Shown: positions 13,501-29,019, numbered from the stretch's first letter. The stretch: DNA of 64,000 nucleotides from Eledone cirrhosa (GCA_964016885.1 OZ024747.1:55490001-55554000), one strand, 5' to 3'. Made by a program: numbers and translations. Notes: a model not told the origin generated them from the letters alone.

Positions 13501-14636
13501 TCCTGTAGTTATACATATGTGTACGTTTGTCTGTATGGATGTTTGTATGTGGACATGTGTATGTGTGTATGTATGTATAATATATAGATGTATAAGCTCT
13601 ACATATGTGTGTGTATATATTTTAATTAAATGCAGATGATGATGTCAGTAGCATGTGGTATAGGGGTAGGAAAATTAAGTAGGATGTTCTTGTCACTGCT
13701 ATTATTGATGGTGCTAGTGGTGGTACTGCTACTACTGCTGCTGCTGGTGATGATGACGATGATGCTGATTGGACGTCTAAAGATAAGAAGTTTATGCGAA
13801 TACAAATAAATAGAATAAACAGCAACAAAAACAACTGCAGCCACAACTTCCTTTAAAAGGAACAACAACAAAAACAGTAACAACAATATTCGAAAAAAGT
13901 TTTGATTTTGTTTTATTTTTGTTCACCTCCAGCCTACCCCTACGTCTATCTGACCTCCTACCACCACTATGCCACCACACCACCACACCACCCCACTCTC
14001 ACACCGCCACACCACCACACTCTCACACCGCCACACCACCTCTTCTTTTTTTTTTAAAGCTAGAGAAATTGTTAAATCTAAATCGCCACTGATAATATCT
14101 TCAGCCGAAACCATTCATGCTGCCATTCTAGATATCCAGTCCACTTGGAATCCATGATCTTTGTGTGCAAAATTCAATTTCTTGCAATATTTACCAAGTA
14201 TTGGCAGGAAATTGACTTTCCCTGTCTGTTTACATTTCGATACTAAACTGAGGAAAACGGATTGACTTTAGGTTGCCAAGATTAAGGACTGGCACCAGTC
14301 TAAAGGTAAACTTTCTGGCGGACAACAAGAAGAAAAAGGAAAGATAAAAAATTGACCATTCTTTGATAAGAATCTTTCTGTTAGATGAAATATGTCAAAG
14401 TGATTGTATGTGTTGTTGGTGTTTGTTTAGATGTGTCTGTATGTGCAATTTTCAGTGTGCTGGGCGGTGGTTGGTTGTATGTGTGGTAAATGTGTGTATG
14501 ACTGCACGTGTGTCAAAGGGAAAGGAAATGAAAGATATAGAAAAAGAGAGAGAGAAAAGAGGTAGAGAAGGGTGGGATTGGTATAGGTAGTGCGATGTAA
14601 TATTAGTTAATTAAAGCTGAATATTAATAAGCACAT

Positions 14637-14698
<62 letters not shown>

Positions 14699-15341
14699 GG
14701 AAGGCTTATACAGACACTTACACACACATGTATACCATGTATACACACACACACATATATATATATATATATTATTCACTTGTTCCAACCCACGGAATGT
14801 GGCTATGGTGGAGCACTGCTGCGTATTTTTGCTAATCTTACTAAGACAATACTCCCTTTTTTGGCCAATGAAACAATTGCCCACATTTATGTTTCGTACC
14901 ACGCCGTAGTCTCCTGTGGGAGTTTAGACAGCAGAATGTTGAGATGCTACTTGAAAATATATACATCAACCCCACGTAGATCTTTCGAGTTTTCTGGTAG
15001 AATATTAAAACGATAGTGTTTCAAAAGGATCAAGTTAGATTTAAAAGAGAATATTTTGGTACTACGGGGAGATGTCCTGTTCGGGATTGGTGCAGATCAC
15101 GGTGTAAAATCTTTCAGGATCTTACATATAATGTATATACACTATTCGATTGATGACCATATAATCTACTGACGTTTTTGTAAACATTCTAATATGTGTA
15201 TTTCTTAGGATTTTCTTAGGATTTTCTCAGTAAGGTATCAACCGGAGTTTCAATATTGTGAATAAGAGAGAGAGTTTTATTTGTACAGAGTTATATAATA
15301 AAAAGAAAACTGTCTGTTATTCATAATATATATATATCTCT

Positions 15342-15383
<42 letters not shown>

Positions 15384-15759
15384 GTTCAAGGAAACGGCAA
15401 ACAGATGTACAAAAAGCCTTATTATTTTCACGCTTTATATAGAGACGGGGAAAGAAAGTTCTTCATGAGTGTCAAAAATAGAGACAGGATCACAAAGGAT
15501 AGATAGAGAAAATGAAAGGTAGTCCAAGTAAAAAAAATGAAACTAAAGAGAGTAAACAAGACAAGCAGTTAGGTAGTCTTGGTAACGATTTTTGAACTCA
15601 AAGAGAAGTGTGTGTATATTTGTGTCGATATTATGTGTGAGTATGTTTAAAAGTTTTTTTTCTTTTAAAGGTTTATTGTGTAAAGTACCAAAGCTTGGCT
15701 TTGTTATGCGTATATCCGTGTGGTATGTGGTTATGGACTTGTATGTATGACGAATGTAA

Positions 15760-15820
<61 letters not shown>

Positions 15821-15864
15821 CTGTACCGATAGTGTTGTTATTTATGTCTACCTTTTACATACAT

Positions 15865-15928
<64 letters not shown>

Positions 15929-15931
<3 letters not shown>

Positions 15932-16104
15932 AACCAGTAAGACCCCGACGGCTGAGCTCAAGCCGTCTCGACGGCTAATTCCGTCGAAACGGCTTCAGCT
16001 CTGCCGTCGGGGTCCTACTGGTTCCTATTACCCACTCTACTACCCGAAGTATTGAGTACTTTGGTGCGTTATGGTCCACCTGGTTCCTTACCACATTTCC
16101 TTCG

Positions 16105-16106
<2 letters not shown>
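15929..16106 (+). mobile_element. Fold-back mini-element, family B
   Basis: ggaaccagtaagaccccgacggc...gccgtcggggtcctactggttcc palindrome plus ~78 bp tail ending ttccttcgtt; inside (TA)n. Confidence 0.85.
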
Positions 16107-16169
<63 letters not shown>

Positions 16170-16582
16170 AAGAGAGGGAGATTAAACACGAGGGTCTCAT
16201 TTTGAATTTTTTCAAACCTATCACAGTAGCATTTGCAATTATCTCTCTTCATTGGCTATGACATAATCACAGCTTTAAAAAGTTCATAGCGCGATCCGTT
16301 CCAGTTGTTGGAGCATCGGAAGATCTTGCTGGTGAAACATATGTGAAGTGTCTGAGCATTGCTCTTTACTAACCAGACCAGGAAGCCCTTGAAAATCTTT
16401 TCCCCGCAATTATAGTTGTTCTAATAATCACAGCACTATATGCGAGACTCCATCCCTATCCACACGAAATACCGAGACAAGTAAAAGCTTTAACTTATAC
16501 GCATTTTGTGTATAAATCATCTGCTAGAGAATTTCATTTCCATATTGGTAGTGCTTCATATACAGCTCTAATATATATCACA

Positions 16583-18132
16583 ATATGTTAATGTTACATC
16601 TAGTTAATCTCGGTTAGTCAGGTCTACAGAATATGTTAATGCTACATCTAGTTAATCTCGGTTAGTCAGGTCTACAGTATATGTTAATGCTACATCTAGT
16701 TAATCTCGGTTAGTCAGGCCTACAGAATATGTTAATGCTACATCAAGTTAAGCTCGGTTAGTCAGGTCTACTCAACATGTTAATGCTACATCTAGTTAAT
16801 CTCAGTTAGTCGGGTCTACTCAATATGTTAATACTACATCTAGTTAATCTCGGTTAGTCGCGTCTACTCAATATGTTGATGCTTCATCTAGTTAATCTCG
16901 ATTAGTCAGGTCTACAGAATATGTTAATGCTTCACTAGTTAATCTCGGCTAGTCAGGTCTACTCAATATGTTGTGCTACATCTAGTTAATCTCAGTTAGT
17001 CAGGCCTACACAGTATGTTAATCCTTCTTCTTCTACTTTAACCGAGTTTACACTCGCAAAGATTCAGCACGCCCTTTCCAACCGTCCCGGTCGAGCATGA
17101 CATTTCTCAGTTCGTCGATGTTCTCAGTGTGGTCATCTCTCAGCAGGGTATCAATGAATGAGACGGCCTCTCTTCCCACGCTTCTTCGTCCGAATGCCGG
17201 TTTCCAGAGCACAAGTGCAGATGCTATCTCTTCTGGATGACGGATGCAGTGCGCAGCCGGTTTCATTCGTCTGCAGGCAACTTTTTTTGAGACTGGTGGT
17301 AGTGATATGTATAGTTCCTTATTTGTCAGCTTCTGTTTCCAAGAAATGTTGGGAGCCATTCTCAGCATCCTCGTGTAACATCCGTCAAGTCTCTTGCAGA
17401 GCACTTTGTCAATAGTCCACATTTCACTGTCGTAAAGCAGGGCGGATTCAATAGCTGCTAGGAAGAGGCGCTCCTTGATTTTGCGGTTTAGGTCGGATTC
17501 CACACCTTCAGTAGATTGTGGCATGCGGACCATGCTAGTCCTTTTCTAATTTTAAAGTCCTTGCGTGTGCTGTGCATCCATTCTCCAAGATACTTAAAGT
17601 TCTCAACTGTTTTAATTGTTCGACCGTTCTTAGCAAGAACTGGAGCTGGATCAACCTGATTGTAGTGCATGATTTCGGTCTTCTTTGCATTGAAAAGCAG
17701 TCCTATTTTGCCTGATTCAACCTCGACACGTGTGAGCAATGCTTGAGCTTGGCTGATTTCTTCTCTGATCAAGGCAATGTCATCGGCGAAGCCTGTGTCA
17801 GTGACAAATTTTGGATGGTGTCGACAGCTTCTCCTTCGATCCAATTTGAAACCCAACTCTCCTTTCTTCCCATCAATGGCCTGTCTCGTGGCATACTCGA
17901 GGGCAATTGCAAATAGGAAGTGTGCAAGCGTGTCGCCTTGGAGAACATCTGCGAGAATCTCAAAGTAATCAGTGTTTCCGTCCAGTGTCAACACGCGAGC
18001 TCGACTACCCTCGTAGAGCAGTCCTATAGTTTGTCTTAATGCTGCTTCTAGTTAATCTCAGTCTGTCCGGTCTACAGAGTATGTTAATGCTGCGTCTAGT
18101 TAAACTCAGTAAGTCAAGCTTACTCAATATGC
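16583..18132. repeat. 48-bp minisatellite (~9 units at 16583-17022, ~2 units at 18037-18132) split by a LINE
   Basis: Unit atatgttaatgctacatctagttaatctcggttagtcaggtctacag(a/t) starting at 16583, 16631, 16679 and onward. Confidence 0.9.
17023..18036 (-). mobile_element. 5'-truncated RTE/RTE-X-type LINE (RT and C-terminus, frameshifted)
   Basis: ORFs 17488-17994 (VLQGDTLAHFLF, FADDIAL, VENFKYLG) and 17048-17533 (ESALLYDSEMW, LDGCYTRMLR); short (GAA)n tail. Confidence 0.9.
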
Positions 18133-18641
18133 AAACAAGCAACTCCAGCTGAGATATAACATACGAAATGTATTAATTTCGTCTTAGAAACAAGTGATTA
18201 AATATCAATTATGATGAATACAAATTAAGGAAAATATCTGCCAGGCATTCTCACATATCGATTGGGTGATCTATGACATAATCACAGATTTAAAAGCCTC
18301 CCCAAAGAATTCTCTAGGTTTATTATTATACATAAATATGTTGTATATCCCTCCATATACAACACTATTATCAACACACTATATTAGTAGTACTGGTAAT
18401 TAACTCCAGTCGGATTAAGTGCACGCTCTATGTATCTAAATTTATGTGCATATATATATATAATCAGTAGGTTATACTTGCCTCATGTTATCATGTGATT
18501 AAACGTTACTGGTGATGGATAAAATCCTGAAGCAAAAACACTAAGGGGTGTCCCATGATCACTGATGTACTTGTGTCATAATCCCAGCTTAAAACATGCA
18601 TGCACTTCATATTCATGTATGTTATAATATATATATATATA

Positions 18642-18855
18642 TAGAAGTGGTTACACAACAGTTAGTTCACCATACCGAGAACAATTGTTTCATCTTAGCC
18701 GATCCTCAGCATAACGGGTTGAGGATCCGCTAAGGTGAAACAATTGTTCTCAGTATTGTGAACTAACTGTTGTGTAACCACTTCTACCTAACCCGTACCA
18801 TGGACTGAGTGCTCTACCACTACGGATATTACATTCCAGTGTACTACTTCTCTCT
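18642..18855 (+). mobile_element. Fold-back mini-element, family E, with hammerhead-like core
   Basis: 18642-18709 inverted with 18719-18786; CTGAGGA-tcggctaagat-GAAA-caattg on minus (stem I not convincing); ~65 bp tail; related to 55000-55066. Confidence 0.7.
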
Positions 18856-18879
18856 CTATATATATATATATATTGGATT

Positions 18880-19095
18880 GCATTGGCAATCGTGAGGTTG
18901 AGATTTCGATTGCTAGTTGTGTTATGTCCTTGAGCAAACACTTTATTTCACGTTGCTCCTTCTGTCTGGATTTGCGACCTGAATTAGCAATTGGTAAGAC
19001 CAATAGAAACAGTGTTTCCTCGGTCCGATTTGACCAGCTCCAGCCCTCTCCTTAAGCAAATGAGGTCTCCGATCTTGTCGTTTGACTGTTGACTG
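18880..19095 (+). mobile_element. Second SINE family, decayed (relative at 31290-31515)
   Basis: tgtccttgagcaaacactttatttcacgtt core; shared ttagcaattgg..gacc and ggtccgatt...gatcttgtcg blocks. Confidence 0.6.
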
Positions 19096-19098
19096 TCT

Positions 19099-19193
<95 letters not shown>

Positions 19194-19273
19194 TGTGTGC
19201 ACGTGTGTGTGTGAATACATATGTGTATCCCTCTATCTCCCTTTCTCTATCTCATTCTTTCTCTATCCCTCTT

Positions 19274-19372
<99 letters not shown>

Positions 19373-19687
19373 ATATATCGACGTATATGTATGCATTTTA
19401 TATCGGACTTTATAAAGGTATATGCATATATATTAACATTCATACAGGGTCATATAAACCCAAATACAAGGACATATTATTGTATATGCAGGCAAATACG
19501 AAACGAAAATTATAAAGAAAGCATAGGAACATACATGATTGCATGTGAATGTCGACTATGACATGTAGAGATTGTGATAATTACGGCATGTATACATACA
19601 CATACATATCTTTATATGTATAAATATATATATATATGCTATTATAACTAATATACATATATCATATATACAGTAATAGTAGTAGTG

Positions 19688-19762
<75 letters not shown>

Positions 19763-19838
19763 TATTGCTTTTTTTTCACCGCAACACTTCTTACATAAGC
19801 CATTACTTTGAATTGCTTACACAAGAATATTACACACA

Positions 19839-19894
<56 letters not shown>

Positions 19895-20093
19895 CATAAA
19901 TATATACACATACAGAGCCAAACATGAAACCTACATAATACGTACATATGCACATACATACACAAACTGTCAACATGAAAAGCAAATGTAGAAAGAGGAT
20001 GATGGTGGTGGTGGTGGTGGTGGTGTTGGCACATATACACACCTACATAAACACACACACACACACACAGTAATTACATGCATACAATATATA

Positions 20094-20145
<52 letters not shown>

Positions 20146-20226
20146 ACATGCATATACAACATATATATGTTACATGCAATGTATGAATATATATATATAT
20201 ATGTATACATATATACTCACATAAAC

Positions 20227-20270
<44 letters not shown>

Positions 20271-20353
20271 TACATATACTAACATATATATGTAAACATA
20301 CATATGTATGAATATATATATATATATGTATACGTATATACTCACATAAACAT

Positions 20354-20450
<97 letters not shown>

Positions 20451-20479
20451 TATATATATATGTACATATATGTACATAT

Positions 20480-20577
<98 letters not shown>

Positions 20578-20644
20578 ATAATGAAATACACGCATACATA
20601 AGTACACGAGCCATATAATGACATGTATACACAAATAGACACAT

Positions 20645-20766
<122 letters not shown>

Positions 20767-21102
20767 TTTTGCTACACTTCTGGATCCTTCATTCTGGGCC
20801 AGCGTTATTAATTTCGCAAAGGAATCCTTCCTTATTTTTTGTTCTTTTCAACTTTCTGCCATAATTTTATGGTAAGCTCTTCTATGGAATTGGTAATCTT
20901 CGCTACGACTATCCATGTCTCAACATGAAAAACAGAAATTGAATTTCTTCATCGACGGCTTTCAACTTAGCTTCTTGATCTTTTTATCGTGTTATGAAAC
21001 TTTCAATACCCAATATATATTCAGTACACATATAAACATGCGTATGCATATATATATATGTATGTAGGCATAAGTATACATGTGAGTGTATATGTATACA
21101 TA

Positions 21103-21168
<66 letters not shown>

Positions 21169-21217
21169 AATGTATATATGTGTGTGCGCGTACATAAATA
21201 TATAAAATGTTTGTGTG

Positions 21218-21288
<71 letters not shown>

Positions 21289-21455
21289 TGTGTGTGTGTA
21301 TATAAGTATGTATAAATATAAATATATATATATATATATGTGTGTGTGTTTGTATACCGTATGTGTATTAAAGATGGAGAAGCATGTGTATTGTCATATA
21401 TGCACAAACATGTGTATTTAGGTATATATGTAATTAATGTATATATGTATATATA

Positions 21456-21575
<120 letters not shown>

Positions 21576-21754
21576 TAAATATATATACACACAGATATAT
21601 ATATATATATATATCACATATTACACGACCAGAGCTCTTTCATTCGTTTGAATATGATTTCATTCGAACGAAACAGTTCTAGTGATGTATATTATTTAAT
21701 TCTGTTTCCTTTCCGATTCACTTCGGATCACAATTCTTAATATTAAATTTATAC

Positions 21755-21825
<71 letters not shown>

Positions 21826-21919
21826 TGTGTGTGTGTATTTATGCATGTAAGCATATGTCTGTATTTACATATATATGTATTTGAGACAGAGGGAGACTGA
21901 AACTGTGACCCAGGAAATA

Positions 21920-22092
21920 TAATTGTTTCTACTTTAGGCACAAAGCCAGCACTAACTCAGTGCATTACTGGTACTTTATTTTATTGACCCCGTAAGGATG
22001 AAAGGCAAAGTTAACCTTGGCAGAATTTGAACTCAGAATGGCAGTACGTCAAAGCATGGCGTCCGACCCTCTACCAATACTGCCAATCCACC
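21920..22092 (-). mobile_element. tRNA-type SINE
   Basis: Reverse complement of the 6530 family. Confidence 0.9.
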
Positions 22093-22128
22093 TGATCTAT
22101 GAATACATAGACAATACACATACACACG

Positions 22129-22207
<79 letters not shown>

Positions 22208-22768
22208 GATAGATAGTAAGATAGATAGATAGATAGATTTCAGCAGTAATATGGTAGTATCTCTTGCATGCAGTGTATTTCCTCTTTAATGAAAACATAC
22301 ATATTAAAGAGCTAAATCCTTCTATACTAAATGAGTGAATGACATACATATGGCAATATAACATTTAAATAGAGAGGTACTGGTATATTTATGAGATTGT
22401 TATATTTCCTACACTAAATACACCAATATCTACCGGAAAACAATCTACCGACATACTACTATAAAACAAAAAGACGCACAAACATAAAATATATAAGAAA
22501 ATAAAGAAGGAAATGTAACATGCAATGGAGAGGGGAAAGTTGTAAAGAGATGAAGAGAAACAAAATATCTATAGAAGGAAAGAAAAGAAAAGAAAATATG
22601 CGAATAAATAATAACACATGTAAGAAATAATGAATGTAAATAAGTTAAGACGGCTAAAAATGGCAAAATGAAATAAAAAGGCTATGTACATATTTGTATA
22701 TATATAGATATATATAGAGAGATTGAGAGAGAAGCACACAAACGTATATGCCTATATATATATATATT

Positions 22769-22854
<86 letters not shown>

Positions 22855-22950
22855 TTTATATATATATATAATATATATATATATAGATATATGTATATAT
22901 ATATATACATATATAACCATATATATATATACAAATATATATAGATATAT

Positions 22951-23061
22951 ATTTGCCCCTCTTTTCTTTATCTGCCCTTCTTAACTTCAGTCTTTCTTTA
23001 TTTTCTCAACTTTTCTTTTCTCCCTGATATATATGCATATAAATATATATATATATGTATG

Positions 23062-23150
<89 letters not shown>

Positions 23151-23164
23151 ATTTATATATATAT

Positions 23165-23244
<80 letters not shown>

Positions 23245-23253
23245 TTATATATA

Positions 23254-23317
<64 letters not shown>

Positions 23318-23353
23318 TTATATATAATATATATACATATATATTTATATATA

Positions 23354-23407
<54 letters not shown>

Positions 23408-23500
23408 TTATATGCATATATATCAGGGAGAAAAGAAAAGTTGAGAAGATAAAGTAAGAAGTGAAATTAAGAAAGGCAGATAAAGAAAAGAGGGGCAAAT
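22951..23500. repeat. ~95-bp inverted repeat enclosing a (TA)n tract
   Basis: atttgcccctcttttctttatctgcc...ccctgatatatatgcatataaata vs its reverse complement at ~23405-23500. Confidence 0.85.
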
Positions 23501-23956
23501 GGGAAAGAAAAGAAAAGAAAATGATAGGAAAGAATAAGAAGAGAAATAAGAAAATGGCAAATAGATTGATGTTCAAATTTACTTAGAGGCTATGTGTTCC
23601 GACAGAAATGGCATGTAAATTCTACGCCAGTGTTTAACGTAAGTGTATTATGCTTGGCTACATCAGTTGCTATCATACTTACCAATTGCTGAAATATTAA
23701 TAGTGAAATCACCTTTTGGCTATACAATATGATGTTTATTATATGGAACGATTATTATTTGTGCGTGTGTGTAAGTGTGTTTACATGTGTGTGTGTGTGA
23801 TTGTGTGAGTGTGTGTTAGTGAGTGTGTATGTCTATCTACATGTGTGTGTTTGTGTGTGAGTATGTGTGTATGTGTGTGTGTGTGTATGTGTGTGTTTGT
23901 GTGTGTGTGAATTCACACTGATAAATAACTAACGTATTATACCATATAACAATATA

Positions 23957-24002
<46 letters not shown>

Positions 24003-24132
24003 TTATATATACATATATACACATGTACATGTATTCAATCACTCAATCTGTAAATTATTATGTGTATATCTACGTGTTTATGTATGTATGTATGTATGTA
24101 TGAGTATGTATGTATGTGTGTGCATGTATACG

Positions 24133-24201
<69 letters not shown>

Positions 24202-24987
24202 TTATGTATATTTGTAAGTGTGCATGTATGTATGCACGTATGTATATGTGAATATATATGGAGCATATATTCTGTTTATATATAAAGTTGAAAATAATTA
24301 CTATCCACATATACATATCAGTATGTATGTAAAAGCGATGTGTGTCCTTGTATGTGTGTGTCTACATAATAATCAAATTCTACATGAGTAGTTATGACAT
24401 GTAATACAGTAGAGAGATCTACTTAAAAACGCTATACTTCTAGTAAATGATTCTATATTTTTCTCACAGTATTATTTCTTGTAAATGGGCAGCTAAGATG
24501 GCCAAAATTCTAATGCAATGGCTTTGATAGCATTACATGATCTAACTCAGCATATTACTGTTCTCAATTGAAATCTTAGCAGAGTTGGCCTTTGCTTTTT
24601 ACAACCCTGCCAAAGGGGCTGCCATTTCTGCTAAAAATTGAAGCCTACTGTTTCCACAAATCCCGCAACTGTTTTTTTGTCTGAAAACAATATAGCCAAT
24701 ATCATTAAAAAACTCAATCTGAAAAAAAACAAAGACTAGACTAATTAATGACACCAGTACTAGCATTGTAAAGCCATTATTCTCGATGAAGCAGAGGTTA
24801 ACCTCGTGCACCCAATGAGAGAGTTAATCATATATATCAGGGGATACATATTAAGCCAAAATTTGGTTGTGGCGGTTCATCTAGCCCATGACATCATATA
24901 AGTAATATGGGTAAAGGATGATTCTGATAATTTTTAAACGGTTAAACTCTTAGGATTTCTAATGTATTATTATCTTATTTACATCAT

Positions 24988-25172
24988 TGGTGGATTGGCA
25001 GTATCAGTAGAGGGTCGGACGCCATGCTTTGACACATAGAGTTACGGCCCTTGCCATTCTGAGTTCAAATCCCGCCAAGGTTAACTTTGCCTTTCATCCT
25101 TTCGAGGTCGATAAAATAAAGTACCAGTAATGCACTGTGTAATTTGCTGGCCTTGTGTCAAAAGTAGAAACA
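24988..25172 (+). mobile_element. tRNA-type SINE
   Basis: TSD attatcttatttacatc at 24969-24985 and 25173-25189. Confidence 0.9.
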
Positions 25173-25290
25173 ATTATCTTATTTACATCTCTAATATTTG
25201 GACAGGTATTCTTCAAGTTTTACATTTATTGTAGTCCCTATTTTCAGCGACATGCATTTTTGAAGTTTTTTGTTTATTTATTCCATTTCA

Positions 25291-25405
25291 GCTCCGATGA
25301 GGAGACCATATCAAACTTTTCTTTTTATTATCACTTACTATTATCGATTTTATAATCGATAATTATGTGCAGAACACTGATATGGTTTCCGAAACAATTG
25401 TCAGT
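25291..25405 (+). ncRNA. Hammerhead-like motif with long stem II insertion (core CCGATGA, probably decayed)
   Basis: gct-CCGATGA-ggagaccatatca[~64 nt]tgatatggtttcc-GAAA-caattg-TC-agt; 13-bp stem II. Confidence 0.65.
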
Positions 25406-25457
25406 CATTGAATATATTTGTTCATGAATGTGGTAATTTTTTCTCTAACATTTAATT

Positions 25458-25572
<115 letters not shown>

Positions 25573-25599
25573 GTAAGAATATATATATACACGTAAGAA

Positions 25600-25945
25600 T
25601 CGATATGCTGTCAAGCTAACATGACTTTCAACCGATAGAGATTCATCCCGAGGATGTGAGATTGTAAAATCAGAAATTTTGTGCCCACTTCCATTATTGA
25701 CTCATTTATTTATTGATCTATATGTAAGTTGATATCCTATGTCAATAAACTCTGATGATACCGATTTTGAGCATATTCCGATGGACGAAGTATAAAATCA
25801 TAAGGGAGCTTTAGATAAAAATTCTTTCTGCTTAAGTAAATTCTAAAATTTCTGATTTTATAATCTCACAACCTCGGCACGAATCTCTATCGGTTGAAAC
25901 ATATCTTAGTTTGACAGTATATGGGCTGTTTGGTGTTTCTTACTT
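25600..25945 (+). mobile_element. Fold-back hammerhead mini-element, family F
   Basis: 25602-25680 inverted with 25846-25922; aaact-CTGATGA-taccgat[~123 nt]atcggtt-GAAA-catatc-TT-agttt at 25747-25912. Confidence 0.7.
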
Positions 25946-26031
25946 ATATATATATATCAGCTCTGCATGAATTCTATTGCATTGAGCTTTAAAACCATTG
26001 AGCTTTAAACCCACAGTTATTATCATTAAAG

Positions 26032-26092
<61 letters not shown>

Positions 26093-26093
26093 G

Positions 26094-26124
<31 letters not shown>

Positions 26125-26364
26125 GATGTATATATATATATGTATATATATGTATATATATATAAAAAAATAGATATCACATAAGAAACGGAGAATCAGT
26201 GGTGCGAAGAATAAGATTTATTAGACATATATCAATCGTTTCTCTGGCGACCAGCTTCAGGCACGATCAATGCAATGATCAAACCTGACTCTGAAATCGC
26301 AAGATCCTTGGATACGTCTCGAATCTACGACGGAGAGTTTCCAAATATATATATATATATATAA

Positions 26365-26537
26365 ATGATTCTACAGGACTAGAACTGTTTCATTCAAACG
26401 AAAACATGGTGATTTCTTTTGAAACAATTCAAGTTTTGTAGAACGCATTTGTATATTAAACTTAACGTTTATACTCGACTAGTACATTACGTACCTTAGT
26501 AACTGTGGCTAACCCCGACTGAACCCAGGACTTACGT
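26365..26537 (+). mobile_element. Family C fold-back copy, decayed
   Basis: ttctacaggactagaactgtttca / tgaaacaattcaagttttgtagaa; tail similar to 12130-12195. Confidence 0.65.
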
Positions 26538-26542
26538 ATATA

Positions 26543-26581
<39 letters not shown>

Positions 26582-26756
26582 CTTATTTATAGAATTCTTT
26601 CTGCCTTCGTTACTCTAAATATAAAGTATAGCTTTAAAGAATTAGCTTTTAATGAATTCCCTTTTCTATCAACCAATGACCTCTACCCATCCCACTCCCT
26701 ACCCTCTCCTACCACCCGAAGAGACCTATAAATACCATATTTATTTTTTGATACCC

Positions 26757-26807
26757 AGATTCCTGATGATTTCTAAAGAATGAAACAGTTCTAGTCCTGT
26801 AGAATCT
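26757..26807 (+). ncRNA. Minimal type I hammerhead ribozyme (family C solo unit ~26581-26890)
   Basis: agattc-CTGATGA-tttc(taaa)gaat-GAAA-cag(ttctagtc)ctg-TA-gaatct. Confidence 0.85.
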
Positions 26808-26901
26808 CATCTATATTAAAACTTTTATACTCTGCTATGTATTGAGTACCTTACTCACTGTGGTTACCTCCGATTCAACCCGGAATAACGTATATATATA
26901 C

Positions 26902-26932
<31 letters not shown>

Positions 26933-26935
26933 CAC

Positions 26936-27383
<448 letters not shown>

Positions 27384-27384
<1 letters not shown>

Positions 27385-27803
27385 GTAGGAGGTGAGTTTT
27401 ATTGTAGTACAATAAAGCAATGCAGATGTCGGATAAGAAGCACTCTACAGTTTGTGGGACTGGAGTATGCATAATATAAGATCAAAAGATGGTTAAAGGA
27501 GTTCCATATATTTTATTATGCGCATTTCAAAAACAAACATCATCAAGCAATAATATTTGTGTTTTCATCAGATAAAACAGGAGAACATGATATGAAGGCT
27601 AAAAAACACTTGTGGATAGTGCAGTTTTAAATCAACATATCATATGTTGATTTAAAACTGCACTATCCACAAGTGTTTTTTAGCCTTCATATCATGTTCT
27701 CCTGTTTTATCTGATGAAAACACAAATATTATTGCTTGATGATGTTTGTTTTTGAAATGCGCATAATAAAATATATGGAACTCCTTTAACCATCTTTTGA
27801 TCT

Positions 27804-27811
<8 letters not shown>
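27384..27811 (-). mobile_element. Family A fold-back element; 2x170 bp palindrome centred on 27641, apparently perfect
   Basis: Hammerheads at 27511-27577 (-) and 27705-27771 (+): ttttat-CTGATGA-aaacacaaatatta...tgatgtttgttttt-GAAA-tgcgca-TA-ataaaa. Confidence 0.9.
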
Positions 27812-27863
<52 letters not shown>

Positions 27864-28145
27864 ATTTGCCAGCGTGCCAAGGAGGGTTGATGCAGGATTT
27901 ATAAAATCAGTCATGTACTGGGATTCAAATAAATGAAGTCTAATGGCTTGGAAAACATGTATTATAACAGACTAATTTAGAAGGTTGCATATTTAAAGCG
28001 TTCTTTTTTTTCTTTTGTTATTTTACAGTTCAGTGTTCTGCCTGACCAATGGCATGAAAATAAAGAATGAAATTTATTTCCTAACCAAGCGAACTGAAAC
28101 AACCTGAAATATGTGGTATTAGATGGAGTATCAGAATCATTGCTC

Positions 28146-28177
<32 letters not shown>

Positions 28178-28181
28178 GTGT

Positions 28182-28218
<37 letters not shown>

Positions 28219-28348
28219 AAGAGAGATAGAGAGATAGAGAGAGATAGAGAGAGGGAGAGACAGAGAGAGAGAGAGAGCGAGAGAGAGAGAGAGAGAGAGA
28301 GAAGAGAGAGAGAGAAAGGAAGAGAGGGAAATAGATAGATAGTTAGAA

Positions 28349-28381
<33 letters not shown>

Positions 28382-28553
28382 CTGTAACGTTAGTAACATA
28401 ATTATAAGCAGTACAGTCTACGCTGCTGTGGTTTATTTCTGTTTTTCTGTTCCTAATCAGTCTATGAGCTGAAGTGCAAGATGGAACGTGAGACCCAACT
28501 GGGTTCATATATACACACATACACCTTCGTATCTCTCTCTCTCTCTCTCTCTC

Positions 28554-28632
<79 letters not shown>

Positions 28633-28710
28633 ATATATATATGTGCGTGTGTGTATTTATAGATAGATATTAAAATATTACATCGAATGTACAATTTTAA
28701 ATCAACTATG

Positions 28711-28796
<86 letters not shown>

Positions 28797-28960
28797 ATTT
28801 ATGTATGTGTGTGTGTATATGTGCATGTCTGTATGTGTGTATGCGTACTCACATAAATATATATTGTATATTATATATATATGCATATATTTATATATAC
28901 ACACATATATATATACATATATATATATACATATACATATATATATATATGTATATATTT

Positions 28961-29013
<53 letters not shown>

Positions 29014-29019
29014 TGTTTG

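Noticed and set aside
13923-14157. Candidate host exon after a polypyrimidine tract and AG at ~14059
   Set aside because: Frame closes quickly, no recognisable domain, no convincing partner exons.
14780-15250. Possible decayed GIY-YIG remnant (LLWEFRQQNVE-like)
   Set aside because: Similarity too short and broken to support by eye; needs tBLASTn or HMM confirmation.
16583-17022. CRISPR-like array
   Set aside because: Contiguous 48-bp units without unique spacers; eukaryotic context; no cas genes.
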